A DNA stretch of 64,000 nucleotides from Octopus bimaculoides (lineage: Eukaryota): NCBI RefSeq assembly GCF_001194135.2, contig NC_069005.1, forward strand, positions 7,299,109 to 7,363,108, in the 5' to 3' direction. Shown here in pieces: positions 11,713 to 24,849 of this stretch. Below the pieces are notes generated by a model. That model saw only the letters and a list, made by a program, of their open reading frames with translations, had not been told where the DNA came from and ran no database searches. A program made the translations under genes and the position numbers. How positions within the stretch are numbered: the stretch's first letter is position 1; each line of letters opens with the position of its first letter.

Positions 11713-14700
11713 TGTTTTATTCCATAGGCACAAGCGTGGCCGTGTGGTAAGAAGCTTGCCGCCCTGCCACATGGCCCCAAGTTCAGTTCCTCTGCGAGGC
11801 AACTAGGGCAAGTCATCATCACCATCATCATCATCATCGTTTAACGTCTGTTTTCCATGCTGGCATGGGTTGGACGGTTCGACTGGGGTCTGGGAAGCCA
11901 GGAGGCTGCACCTACTATAGCCTTGGGCCAAACAAAGCCTCATGTGTGGATTTGGTAGACGGAAACTGAAAGTCCATCTTGTGTGTGTGTGTGTACCCCC
12001 ACTCCCACCCCATCATCGCTTGACAACCGGTGCTGGTGTGTTTACGTCCCTGTAACTTAACGGTTCGACAAAAGAGAATATATAATAAATACCAGGCTTC
12101 GAAAAATAGAAAGAAATACTGGGGTCAATTCTTTTGACTAAAACATTCAAGGTGGTGCCCCAGCATGACCACAGTCTAATAACTGAAACCACACACACAC
12201 ATCTGTATAAAACATCCCATGTCATATTCACTCAAGCTGCATCATCATACAGTCATCTTTGACAACACAAAAATCGCCACCTGATTGAGTGGCGTATATC
12301 GATCACCATTACCTCTAACCTGCAGACAAGCCATCTCCCTGGGGTCTTTACTCCTCATCTTCCTTACCACCCCACTGTGACGCAACACCCTAATCCTTGC
12401 CTATCATCTGTTTCCGTCATTACACTGCAGTCATTAAGGGTTTTGGTCGCACAATTCGACCCCCAGTACTTATCTTCCATTTCTAAGCCTGGTGCTTTAT
12501 TCTAGAAGTCACGGGGACGTAAACAAACCAACACCGGGTGTCAAATATCAGTGGGGGAGGGGGACACTTTTCAGTTTCTGTCTACCAAATCCACTTAACA
12601 AGGCTTTGGTCGACCCGGGACTAGATTAGAAAGGCATGTTGACAGGGTACCCAAGGTACACATGTTATCCTGAGGGGTGGGGGATCCTCCCCCTACGACC
12701 AAACATTGCGTGAGTATCACCAAGTCTCGTCCGCGAACTTTTGTGGGCATGATTGAAGACGTCCTAGCCACACCAACAAAAGAAGAATTATAAAAAATGC
12801 ACCATAGATGTTTGTATATATATATAATATATAAGACACGTGTGTATACACAACATATACACGTGTGTAAATACTTGTGCACCAGTATGTGTGTGTGTGT
12901 GTGTGTTTCATTGTTTAAATGAATGAAAATGTTTTATCTGAAATATTTGCAATAGAGGTGAGCCGAGAACGAAGAAAAATTTTCAAAACCACAGCATCGA
13001 AAGGGTGAAATTTCAGCCTTTAACGGTAACTGAAGCTGCGAGTGTGTAAATCCAAGACAAAAAGAGGCGAATGCTCGGTGTTGGCAATTGAAAAGACGGG
13101 AATAAAAGAGGCTTGCTGAGGAGGCCTCGAACAATGTGTGTGCGTGTGGCTTGCTTGACACATTGTGCCAACCAACCAACTGTGAAATCGAACGGGAATT
13201 TCACAATGAAGGTGAAGGTGGGAGACGAGGAATAAAAGAGAGAAAGAGAAAAATATGGTGGATTTTTGTATCATGTGGGCTGCATGCGAAAGAAGAGACA
13301 AACTGAAGTTGATTATAGAGCCGTTTGGTTAGTGAGTAGCCCAGGTTGAGTCTAATCGAGCAGACAGACATATTATCAAAGGCACTCCAGTCGTGACCAT
13401 CCCGTTTTTTTTTACGGGATATGTACAATATTTATCATCAACAATCAAACGGCACTTCAACAACGACCATTCTGCACTTTTAGAAGAATGTAGGACTGGA
13501 CTACATAGGAACAAAATGCAGTCTTTTATTTTAAGACGGCAGATAATTTGAGAGATTTTGTCGATCGACTCCCTTCTTCGGCGGCGAGCTTAGATATTTG
13601 ATAGCGGTTTGAACTTCCAACACAAAAACACACAAGATATAGTTGAAAGAAAAATAAAAAGAACAAAGCAAGTAGCTCGACATGTTGTTAACAGCAGTTA
13701 AATTTCCCTCAATTCATACACAACTGCCTTCAATACAAAAGGAATCATACGACACAATCGGGAATATCGTAGATCTAATCCGGGGAAACTCGACCATTTT
13801 TTGGTCCCTACGGACCCCCTCTGATTTCTGTTTTGCTCAATTGCATCCTCATAGACATTCGATGTTTAAAAAATCTTATTTTTATAATTAAATATTATAA
13901 AGAATTGCAGAAAAATAATTGTTAAAATGTTTCGTGTACTGTAGAATTGTAATCAATTTATTGCACAAACTTAGACAACAAAATTCTTGTATGAACCCCC
14001 CCGAGGGTCTATAAAGGACCCCGAGTGAGAACTACTGATCTCTAAAAGAGACTGACTTGATATGGAGCTAAACAACGTCCTGCCAAAACCATCATCAGAA
14101 TCGTATATGGTTTGAGTATGTTGTGTAATGTAGTCTTAGATACACTGCGCCATCGAGAAAAAAACACAACGGAAAAACGTTGGAGAACGCTTTGACTGCT
14201 CGATCAAACGGCCTAGGGTTAAACAACTCCCCAAACACGTGCAAAAAAAAACACGTGCAAGTTTATATATACACACACACACATATATATATATATACAT
14301 GTGTATGCATGTAAATATATAAATCTATATACACACGCACACACCTTCAACTGTCGTCCTTTTAAAAACTGTACACGCTTAGTATTTTGTTTGGTGTAAT
14401 ATACATCTGGTGTGTGTCTATATACACACAGACACATATATATAATGCAGATATTTACATACATACATGTACGTATATATATACATACACAAGTATATGT
14501 ACATACACATACAGAAGTACACACACGCATATATACATATATACATGTGTGTATACACCCATACATCAACGTATACAATAAGATTACATGTGTGTATATT
14601 ATGTGCCGTAGACCATGGCTTAAGCTTGGCTTGATGTCGGACGAGAAGGAAAATATCAATAAGTTTATCCCGGAAATTAGTGAAGAACTGGTTGGTTGAT

Positions 14701-16959
14701 AGTAATGGCAGAGGAAACTAATTTACTAGTAATAATAATGTATATACTAGTGGCATAGTGAATAACAATTAAACAGGCTATCGAGATGTATTATAAGTGT
14801 ATGGGTGTGTGTGTGTGTATACATACTATGTAATATGAAATACTGCCAGTGTAGAACAACAATTAAAGTCAAGATCTGTATATATGTATATATATTGTGG
14901 CAATACATATGTATATATAATATATATGTGTGTGTGTGTGTATATATACGATTAATACTTTATACTGACAGAGTAAAACAACTATACAGGCTAGAGATAT
15001 ATGTGTGTAGGGGGGTGTACATACTATGTATATTATATGCTGCCAGAGAGTGGTACAATTAAACAGGCTAGAAGATGTATGTATATTGTAAGGGTAATAC
15101 GTACTGTAATACACTATATACTGCCAGAGTGAGTGGAGCAATTAAACACATGTATTTACTGGTAAAAACGAGGTATGCGATGCGAATATATATAAGCTAC
15201 CGTAGTGTAGAATAAATAAATTCACACACACATTATATATATATATATACACACATACACATGTGTGTGTATATACAACGATTTTAGTACAATAGCGATA
15301 TTTGGTAGATGACAATGGTGTGGGCACGTTGGTGATGATTGTTGTTGTAGGTGGTGATGTTTAGTAAATCTTCATTGTCAGCTCCGAGTTGAGGCGTTCT
15401 AGCCGCGACCATCCCTTCTAGTTTCGTTTGTTTGTGTCTTTTATTTCGGAATGAATGTATCGAGGCTTTTATTTTTATACTTTTTAGGGGTTTCTTTTTC
15501 TTTCATCTCTACCTTTTTTTTTTAATATGACAAAGAAAAATATTTGGTAGCTGTTTGTATGTAAACTGGGCGAACGACCATGGAGTAAGTGACATCGTTG
15601 TTTCGTGTGTGTGGTCATTGCCGAGGATTTATAAAAAGCAACCCAGAGTGGAAACAAAAGCCAAGATCAAGGGTTCGACTCCACATACACAGACATAAAT
15701 ATATACATACATACATATGTATATAAACAGGGGGTGGGGATGAAAAACATGTTTATGTATATAAATACCTATATATAAATAAATATACAGCGTGTGTGTG
15801 TATATATACACGATGTATACATATATATATAGAAGGGGAAGAAAGATAGAGAGAGGAAGAGAGAGACGGTGGTGGTTTTGATTTTAAGATCCGCCGCCAT
15901 TAGCATCTAACACGAGTCCGAGAGAAAGAAATAGTTTGCTGTATGAATCGGTGGATCAACTATTTTATAGTCGCAACCAAAGGTGGTGGGGAGGAAGCCG
16001 TGGATTTTTAAAAAAATAAATCTCCTTTCTTCTGATCTTACAACACAAGACAAAAAAATAATAATAATAATCCCCCACACACCAGATATTTGTAGGTTCC
16101 AAACCACCCCACGGAAATAATCTCATTCATCGTCGTCTCATTGAGAAATAAGACGAGGTGAGAGGGGGGAGAAAAAAAAGAGATTTTCACAAAAAGGCGC
16201 CTTGTATCTTGGCCGTCTCCCTCTCGGATTAGTTTTAATTAATATTGTTAGTCATTAACTTAATTAAAGATTTTTACTTTCAAACCTATACGTTTCCTTC
16301 ATGTCACTTTTTTTCTCTCTCTCTCTCTCTTTGGTTTTTTTATTGTTTTCCTGTAAAAATTAAATAATAAAACCACCACCACCCATTGTTGACTATGATC
16401 TCCCCCTCCAAAAAAACGACCGGTAAAACAATAGTACGAGGGGGGAAAATATGTACTTTGAGAGAGAAGAAAGACATTAGTGTTACGTATGTAGTTATTG
16501 AAAACCGTTTGGTCAAGTTATTGAAGTCCTGGCACTGACAGAACGAGCAGAGAAAAGATTACCAAAAGCGTTCCAGGCAAGGCCATCCTGTCTGTTTCAC
16601 TCTATAAAGCCCTGGTTTGGTTGTGTAATGTTACTTTCTACAAATCTAACTGTTCCAGTGTCTTCGATGTCTTTTCAGGCCGGTAAAGTTGAATTTTAAA
16701 ATGGAATTCGGTGGATGACTCCTTTCCCAATAAGTGCAAGCAGCGACCATAACAAGTAAAAGGTCCTTCGTGTTGGCGCGTTATTCTGATGCCAGGCTTG
16801 GCTCTCTCTCCCCCCTCTTCATGATAGACCTGCGATGACCAAAACATTCCAACCGTGACCACACCGCCTCTATAGATTATAAATAGTGGCCATATATAAC
16901 GACTCTTATTATCTAATTTACCGTTCCTTTGAGGGAGAAAGGTTTCGAAAAACGATAGA

Positions 16960-17430
16960 GGAGGATAGGATAAGATAGGATGTGTTAAATGAGTTTGTGG
17001 GGAGATGTTTGATGTTATTTCTTTTCTTTGCAGGAACCACGTATAATTATAGGGACCCCCGTCTCGGTTAACTGCACAGGATAGAACTAAGAAATATTTT
17101 GTTGTTATTTGTTTCCATTTAAATAAGGCGGTTTGTGGGTAGGATGTATGAAGTGAGTTTAGAGGGGGATTCTGGCTGTTATTTATATTTCTCTGTAGGG
17201 ACCACGTATGATTTATAAGGACCCTATTCAGGGTTTATATTTACTATGATTATTTTGTTATTTGTTTCCATTTAAATAAGGCGGTGTGTGGGTAGGATGT
17301 ATGAAGTGAGTTTCTAGGGGGATTTTGGCTGTTATTTCATATTTCTCTGTAGGGACTACGTATTATAAGGAAACCTATTCAGGGTTTATATTTATTATGA
17401 TTATTTTGTTAGTTGTTTCTATTTAAATAA
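16960..17430. repeat. Tandem repeat of ~150-bp units (about 3 copies) in the BAZ1A intron
   Basis: TTATTTGTTTCCATTTAAATAAGGCGG..TGGGTAGGATGTATGAAGTGAGTTT recurs at ~17105 and ~17257. Degenerate units flank these. Confidence 0.85.
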
Positions 17431-17557
17431 ACAAAAATACCGAAGTAAACAAATACATGACTTCAATAAAAATGGTTTGATTTTTTTTATGTTTGTTTTT
17501 GTTTGTTTTTTAAATACTTTTAAAAATGAATGCAATATAAAAAGAGATTGAACTTAC

Positions 17558-17670
17558 TCGTAATCACGAAATATTTCGTTTGTTAATTTACAATGGAAAA
17601 CTTCCTCATCGGGATCAAGATCTGGCGGTGGCTTTTGTTTCAGAAAAGGCTGCCTTCTCAACAGCGGCAT
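17558..17670 (-). CDS. BAZ1A: First coding exon of bromodomain adjacent to zinc finger 1A / ACF1 (N-terminal WAC domain); no further exons recognised in this window
   Basis: ATG at 17670 encodes MPLLRRQPFLKQKPPPDLDPDEEVFHCKLTNEIFRDY (37 codons + 2 nt = 113 bp), followed by a canonical donor GA|GTAAGT. It closely matches the BAZ1A/Acf1 N-terminus as recalled (MPLLHRKPFVRQKPPADLRPDEEVFYCKVTNEIFRHY) and is unlike BAZ1B/WSTF. Confidence 0.93.
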
Positions 17671-17799
17671 CTTGGAGGAAAAAAATGGTTTTTGGGTTGT
17701 TTTTTTTGTTTTTTTTTTGGAGGGAAAAACTAAAAAAAAAAAAAAGACAGGTTTTTCGAGCGGTCGGTCGGAATAGAAACAAGGTTCCAACCTCAAAAT

Positions 17800-19000
17800 A
17801 AAATTAAAAAAGCGGCCAAGAAATAAAGCGGCCGCCGTTCACTTCCTGCTGACTTCTACTGCGTTGCTAAGGTTTTTCCCTTCTTTCTTTCTTTTTTTCT
17901 TTTTAGATAGACAAATAAAGAGAGAGAGGGGGACAGGCAGGCAGAGAGAGAGAGATAAGAGGTTTTTCAAAAAACAAGAAATGTGTGTTTAGGNNNNNNN
18001 NNNNNNNNNNNNNNNNNNNNNNNNNNNNNNNNNNNNNNNNNNNNNNNNNNNNNNNNNNNNNNNNNNNNNNNNNNNNNNNNNNNNNNNNNNNNNNNNNNNN
18101 NNNNNNNNNNNNNNNNNNNNNNNNNNNNNNNNNNNNNNNNNNNNNNNNNNNNNNNNNNNNNNNNNNNNNNNNNNNNNNNNNNNNNNNNNNNNNNNNNNNN
18201 NNNNNNNNNNNNNNNNNNNNNNNNNNNNNNNNNNNNNNNNNNNNNNNNNNNNNNNNNNNNNNNNNNNNNNNNNNNNNNNNNNNNNNNNNNNNNNNNNNNN
18301 NNNNNNNNNNNNNNNNNNCCGACTAAAAGAAAGCTTCGATTTTGTTTGTTTTTTTCTTCCTTTTTTTTTGTTTCTTTTTCTTTTCTTTTTTTCAAGCAAT
18401 AACCGGGGGTGCAGGGGAGTAGAAAGAGGCAGGGTTTCGTTGTCGTTGTCGTGGTTGAGACAGATTCCGATCATCAAAGTAAACCAAGCAGGACATCTTC
18501 CAGGTTGGCGTCGATGAAGAGAACTTATTGTCTTATTGCCTCTTTCTTCTTGTTCGGCTTTGATTCGGAACGACGTCGAAGGTGACCGATGGCTGGTGTA
18601 TGATCGATCACCTTTGTTACATTTTTGGTTGATTTATCCAGCTTTACAATTCCGTCAAGAATGTGAATTTAGTCCTTTTCTTCTTTTTGTTTTTGTCGCT
18701 GTTTTTTTTGTTGATGTTGTGGCCTTTATTTATTTCTGTTTCCGACACATGTCGTCAGTATATTTCTCTTTTCACTTATTATATTTTACCGGGACAAAAA
18801 GGTAAGCCCTGCCTCCAAAAACAACGTCTTTCGTTCTGATTGGTTACTTTCTTGCATGATTGACAGCTTATGTAAATGAATACAGCGGAAGTCAGCGGCA
18901 CTTTCTTTTTGTTGTTTATTTATCAATTTTTTGTAGTATTTTTTGTGTGTTTATTGACGGCGTGACGTGAACGAGGCGGGGGTTTGTTTTTCTACACTTT
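17800..19000. promoter_or_regulatory. Promoter-like, CpG-enriched region upstream of BAZ1A, possibly bidirectional
   Basis: Locally raised CpG content. Motifs: GCGGCCGCC and an ETS-like CACTTCCTG (~17828-17848), CCAAT box ctgattggtt (~18835-18844), ETS-like CGGAAGT (~18886-18892), CRE-like TGACGTGA (~18963-18970) and GC box GGCGGGG (~18975-18981). A 325-bp gap lies inside the region. Confidence 0.5.
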
Positions 19001-19112
19001 TTTTTCAAAAACTGAAGAGTTCTACTTTCTGATGATGAGTTACCTACCTTGCTTTACCCGCGCTATCCCACCTCCAGAGATTGAGCAATTTTTTCAACCT
19101 CACAATACACTA

Positions 19113-19490
19113 TTACTCTTTTACTTGTTTCAGTCATTTGACTGTGGCCATGCTGGAGCACCGCCTTTAGTCGAGCAAATCGACCCCAGGACTTATTCTT
19201 TGTAAGCCTAGTACTTATTCTATTGGTCACTTTTTGCCGAACCGCTAAGTTACGGGGACGTAAACACACCAGCATCGGTTGTCAAGCGATGGTGGGGGGA
19301 CAAACACAGACACACAAACATATATACGACGGGTTTCCTTCAGTTTCCGTCTACCAAATCCATTCACAAGGCTTTGGTCGGCCCGAGGCTATAGTAGAAG
19401 ACACTTGCCCAAGGTGGCACGCAGTGGGACTGAACCCGGAACCATGTGGTTGGTAAGCAAGCTAATTACCACACAGCCACTCCTGCGCCT
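19113..19490 (-). mobile_element. SINE family A, full length and little diverged
   Basis: Reverse complement begins AGGCGCAGGAGTGGCTGTGTGGTAA and ends ACTGAAACAAGTAAAAGAGT. Many CpGs are retained. Confidence 0.9.
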
Positions 19491-21912
19491 TTTTTTTCCG
19501 TATCTTTTCTTAACCATTTCTTTCGGCATACCTACACAAGTGTACTCTGCCATCGACATCGTTTCTTCATAACTTTCAGTAAAGAACGGATATTTTCCCA
19601 TAAAATTTCCTACAAATACTTTTCAGATGGTGTAAGGTTACGATTATATCGGAATTTAATGTGAACATTTTCTCTTTAATTAATGAGCGCACACACAGAA
19701 ATTGACAATCAGAATTTTTTTTTTTTTTTTTTTTTTCAAAATTTCATATTTCATTTTATAGATATATTTGATGTGTCATAATATGTGTGCACACCCACCA
19801 GTATTTTTTGTTGTTTTTTCTACATTAAATTTTGAAATAACATCTGAAAGGTATTTGCAGAAAATTTCATTAAAAACTATCCATTTTTCTGAAAGTTCTG
19901 AAGAAGCTAAGTCGATGGGAGGCACATTTGCGTAGATATGCCTCTCTTCCTTCTTATATTATTTTATTCTGACTTTTCTACCAAAATATTTTTTAAAAAA
20001 CGTTTCTCTTGAACGAAAACTTTGGGCCCTGTACTTAGACGGCCTCAGTACATTTTATTCTAATAATTTCTTCCCACCTGTACTGCTATCTTCTTTCTAT
20101 CTCTTCCTGCCTAATTTTAAAAAAAGCATCGCTTTTCTAACAAAGAAATACCCAAACTTTACTCTATGCTTGGACTAGACCTGTAATTGGAGCTGGCAGA
20201 GTCGTTAACGCAAAATGCTTGGCGGCATTTTGTCCGTCTTTAGGTCCTGAGTTCAAATGCCGCCGGGATCGACTTCCCCTTTCATCGTTTCGCAGTCGAT
20301 AAAATTTATACCAGTTGAACACTGAGATCGATGTAATTGCTTGCCTTGGGCCAAAATTTGAAACCAGTATTACATTTCACAGAGGCGGCAAGCCGGTAAA
20401 ATCGTTAGCACACCGGGTAAAATGCTGAGCGGGATTTTCTATCTTTCCTTTTGAGTTCAAATTCCGCTAAGATCGACTTTTCCCCTTTCAGGGTCGATAA
20501 AATAAGTACCAGTTGAACACTTGGGTCAATGTAATCGACTGCCCCTCCCTTCAAAATTGCTAGCCTTGTGCCAAAGCAGGAAACACGTTTAGCTCTTGTT
20601 TCACACTCTCGACTTTTAATATAGTATTTTTCTTCTCTCAAAAACATCCCTGGCCAATTTTCCCCTCCACTTTTGGCTTTCAACACGATTTATTCAATTT
20701 CCAGATGTATGGGCCGGCTGTTTAGACCCGCATATCTTCCTTTCGTTCTGTTCCTCAATAAAGATCATGTTCGCTATGACTAAAATCTCACATTTCTGGT
20801 TCAAGACAACAAGTCTTCATTACTTCTTTACCTTCTTACAACAAATTTCTTTATCCACAAAAATGTCACTAAACTCTACTTTCAGTATTTTCCTCCTCTC
20901 TCTCTCTCTGCACTCTTCTCCCCCTCCCTTATTTCTCTTGTCTCTCCTCCTGCTACCCCTCTTACTTCTCCTCTCTCTCTCTGTCATTGCTATTCTTTCT
21001 CTCTGCCCTCCTCTCTTGCTTTGTCCTCTCTTTATCGAACTATCATAATTTACCGTTATACGCCCGATCTCTGAACACCCCCACACAAATATATATATAT
21101 GTGAATATATGCATGTATATATTATATATATATATATATATAAATATGTGTGCTCCCGAGACGTTTACGGCTATACTAGGATGACAGCTTAAAGTTCAGA
21201 CAGCTTCAAACGATCCAAAGAAACTTCAGACCCGCTAGAAATAGCAGTCAAATGTCTCAAATTACACGGCACATTTTTAAATAAGGGAAGATACGATCCA
21301 TATCCATTGGAAACTATACGCAATACTCAGTCCCTGATTTAATAAAATACATAACGGAACAGTCACTGTTGGAACGACAGGGCCTGTTCCCATCGCGGTT
21401 GACCCAGGGCTAAACGTACGTGTTGTGTACATTTCTGTGCGTGTATATATGTGTGTGTGCGTAAATAAATATATGTATACTCACACACACACATACTATG
21501 GGCAGTATGAAAATTATGCCAAATCAACTTAATCATAATTAATAAATTCGTCGAAATATCTAATTGATACCATGATCAAGCAAACTAATCTCTTCTTCAT
21601 GGGATGGACATTTTTCTCTTGTTTTAATTATCTTTGTATTAATTATTTTACCAATGGTAAAAAAAAATTTGGTTTGGGGTTTTTTTTTCGCTTAGATTCT
21701 GTTGTTCTTTGATGAAAATTAAATTAAAATTGTAAGTAAAGTGTTTGGAATGAAAGATGAGTGATGCGCTGTTTGGTTCTACAGGAAAATAAAACAAGAA
21801 GACAGAAGAAAGAAAAAGTTTTCAATGTTACACATAGCTATACGCATATGTATTCGTATAATAACCACATGTGTATATATACGTTTATGTACATAAATCT
21901 GTATACACACAT

Positions 21913-21949
<37 letters not shown>

Positions 21950-22572
21950 ATATATATAATTAATGAAAATCATTGAACAAATGTTGATCTTCCTTATAAA
22001 AAGAACCGGCAAATAAATATTTCGTCCCACAAAATTTTATGTTGTAACTAAAATTATTCATTTTTGTGTTTCATCTCATTAAATTCAATGTAAATTATAA
22101 AAAAATTAAAAAATAACATGATCACTAATTAACGGCGAGTGAATCATTTGAGGTTAATGAACTAGCTTGAGATAGAAAAATAAATTAAATATTTAAAAGT
22201 ATAAAGTGAAAACTTTCTCAAATTCCAAATAATACTGAAAAATATGGGTCCAAAAAAAAGTTTATTTTGCTTCTTCCCGATCCAAAAAACCCTTCTTGGG
22301 TGAGGGTCATCACTTTTGAATGTGAATATTGAATAGAATTAATATTTAATAAAGTAACCGCAGCGTGCTTCGATTTTATGTTCAGACAAAAAAGAAATAC
22401 ATATTTCTTTCGGGTTTGTTTATTATTTCTTAAAGAAAAATTTAATAACAGAACATCTCTTTGGTTTGGGATTTTTTTCTTTATTTTTACATCATTTTTT
22501 CTTCGTTTTAGACATTTTTTTTATATCCTTCGAAAGTTAATCCAAACAACACTTTGTAGCTCACACACGTGT

Positions 22573-22611
<39 letters not shown>

Positions 22612-22871
22612 TACATACATACATATGTATGTATATCTGCTGTACCCTAGCATGGTCGTAGTCCAATGACCGAAACAAGCAAAAAAAAAAAAAACAATAT
22701 ATATACATATTGTTATATTTCAGGATGGTAATTTTTTTTTTTTTGCTAATAAACACACGCACTATTAGTGTATTTTTACTGGTAAAAATTTTTAAAATGA
22801 CCATCCCCAAATATAACAATGTTTCAGTACAAGGATTCACATCATGAACCTTGCAAAGCAAATGCATAAAC

Positions 22872-22916
<45 letters not shown>

Positions 22917-24418
22917 TACACACGTTTGACTGTAGTGTGTATACATATATACACACGTGTTTAAGTGTGTGTGTATATATATATATATATATAAACACAT
23001 AGAAGATATACAATGTGTATATACACACACACATACATGTAGAGAGAGAGAGACAAATACCTAGAAGTGGGGGGGCGATTCTTAAAATTACTAATTTAAA
23101 CTTTATGATTGAGATCCTTGCCCTTAATTTTCAACCCCTTAATTTTTATATATTTCTCGTTGTTTTTTGTCTCATAGCATTTCAAATGCCTTTAAATCCC
23201 CCTCTTCAATAAGTTGTTTTAGCTGAAAAATTGATTGCGTTTTAGTTTATCAATTATTTAAATTTCAATGGCGTATTTCTGACATCTTCCATCTTCTTTG
23301 GATTTTTGTGAAGACAGCGAGGGGAGAAGAAGAGAAAATAAAAAACCAGTATATAACAAAGATTTTTCTTTTCTCTCACAGCAAACCTTTTTGACTTCAA
23401 TCTATTATACACTCATGGGAAGGTAGAAAATTGTTAGACTTTTCTTTTATATACGGAGAAGCCGAGTTTTATTTGTTGAAGTTAGTGCAAGGTAGAAAAG
23501 AAAGCAGCTAGTTGAATGGTTGTTCACTGACATAGTGAGTCACAGGGACTTGGAATTCTATTCAGTAATGAATTATATAAGAAGCACACTCGAATAGGTC
23601 GGTGTTTAGAGATAGGCATAGCATAGTTCAATATTTCTGTGTACCTCCTCTGTCACTACTATTATTTTTAGGGGGGAAAACAATTAGTTTTAGATTGAGA
23701 TATGCTTTATTTCATTCAATTGGACATTTTAGACATTGCTTTATCAAACGTTTGTTTGAAGTTGCCTTGCAAAGATGAGAGCTTAGCCTGGCAGATAAGA
23801 TAGTGTTCTATACCAGTAGAAGCAGGATAACTCGTTGTCAATGGCTGCTGCTTAAATTTAGCTGACTAATTCAGTTCAATGTGAGTAAGCTGAAGTATTT
23901 TGTTGCCCATTCAATGAATGGCAGGTTGATAGCATGAACAGATCTTGTCTTTCCAAGGACATGTTGGTTTGGAGATAGTTCTACACTTACAATATATGCA
24001 TTTTCCTCCAACACACTATATACTCCTCAAATCATCTTGGTTCTGATAGTAAGAAGAAAAAAAGAAACAATCTCAACAGAATAATCTTTGAAATACTTTA
24101 AAACAGCTCAGTTTAGAGGAAACAAAGGATGGTTTTTAAAATAGGCAAAACTCTACATGTTTCCTGTTGAAAGTTTTTCTATAACTTCTCTACATACAAT
24201 GAAAGTTAAATGTAAATACTTAAAAGTACTTGATGTGTGCAAACGTATGAAGAAGCCATTTTGCCTTATTAAGTTTCCATTTTATCACTTCTCTCTGTTA
24301 TGTTCTGGTCTATCATAAAGAGAAATGAAATCCCACATTTTCATGGGAGCAGATTAGAAGCAATGATCATTTTACCATTCCCAGTTATAAAGAGATGACT
24401 TCTATAAAACTTTTAAAT

Positions 24419-24649
24419 CAGTGGTTGTCAACCAGGATCCATATAAGAATTTGTTGTTAAAATTCGTCAGCAATAAATTTGATTATATTTCCACAATACA
24501 CAAAATATTTTAATTTCTTTTATGCAATTCCTAATAACATTTAATTATAAAAATGTAATAGGATTTTTTTAAATATCGAATGGCTATGACAGTCTACCTG
24601 AGTAAAATATAAGGGGTTTTTGGATTAAAAAAATGGTTGAGAAACATTG
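24419..24649. mobile_element. hAT-type MITE
   Basis: Ends CAGTGGTTGTCAACC / GGTTGAGAAACATTG, with 8-bp TSD TTTTAAAT / TTTTAGAT. Confidence 0.7.
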
Positions 24650-24849
24650 TTTTAGATACATTTTGTTTTATATAGCCCAATACCTACAAGTTGTACCTTT
24701 CATTTGTTCCAAGAATTATTTGTTTAACCATTTAGCATTTAAACTGGTCAGTCCCAACCCAAGTATTCTACCTGTTTTATGTTCAAACCAACAAGATCCA
24801 GCCTCTCACATCTGTCCCACAATTTCATTTTAAAAATAAACAATCATAG

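Noticed and set aside
23382-23422. Exon-like segment (CAG|...ATGGGAAG|GTAGAA) as part of a plus-strand gene
   Set aside because: Weak donor, 41 bp, and no recognisable peptide alone or when joined to other candidates.
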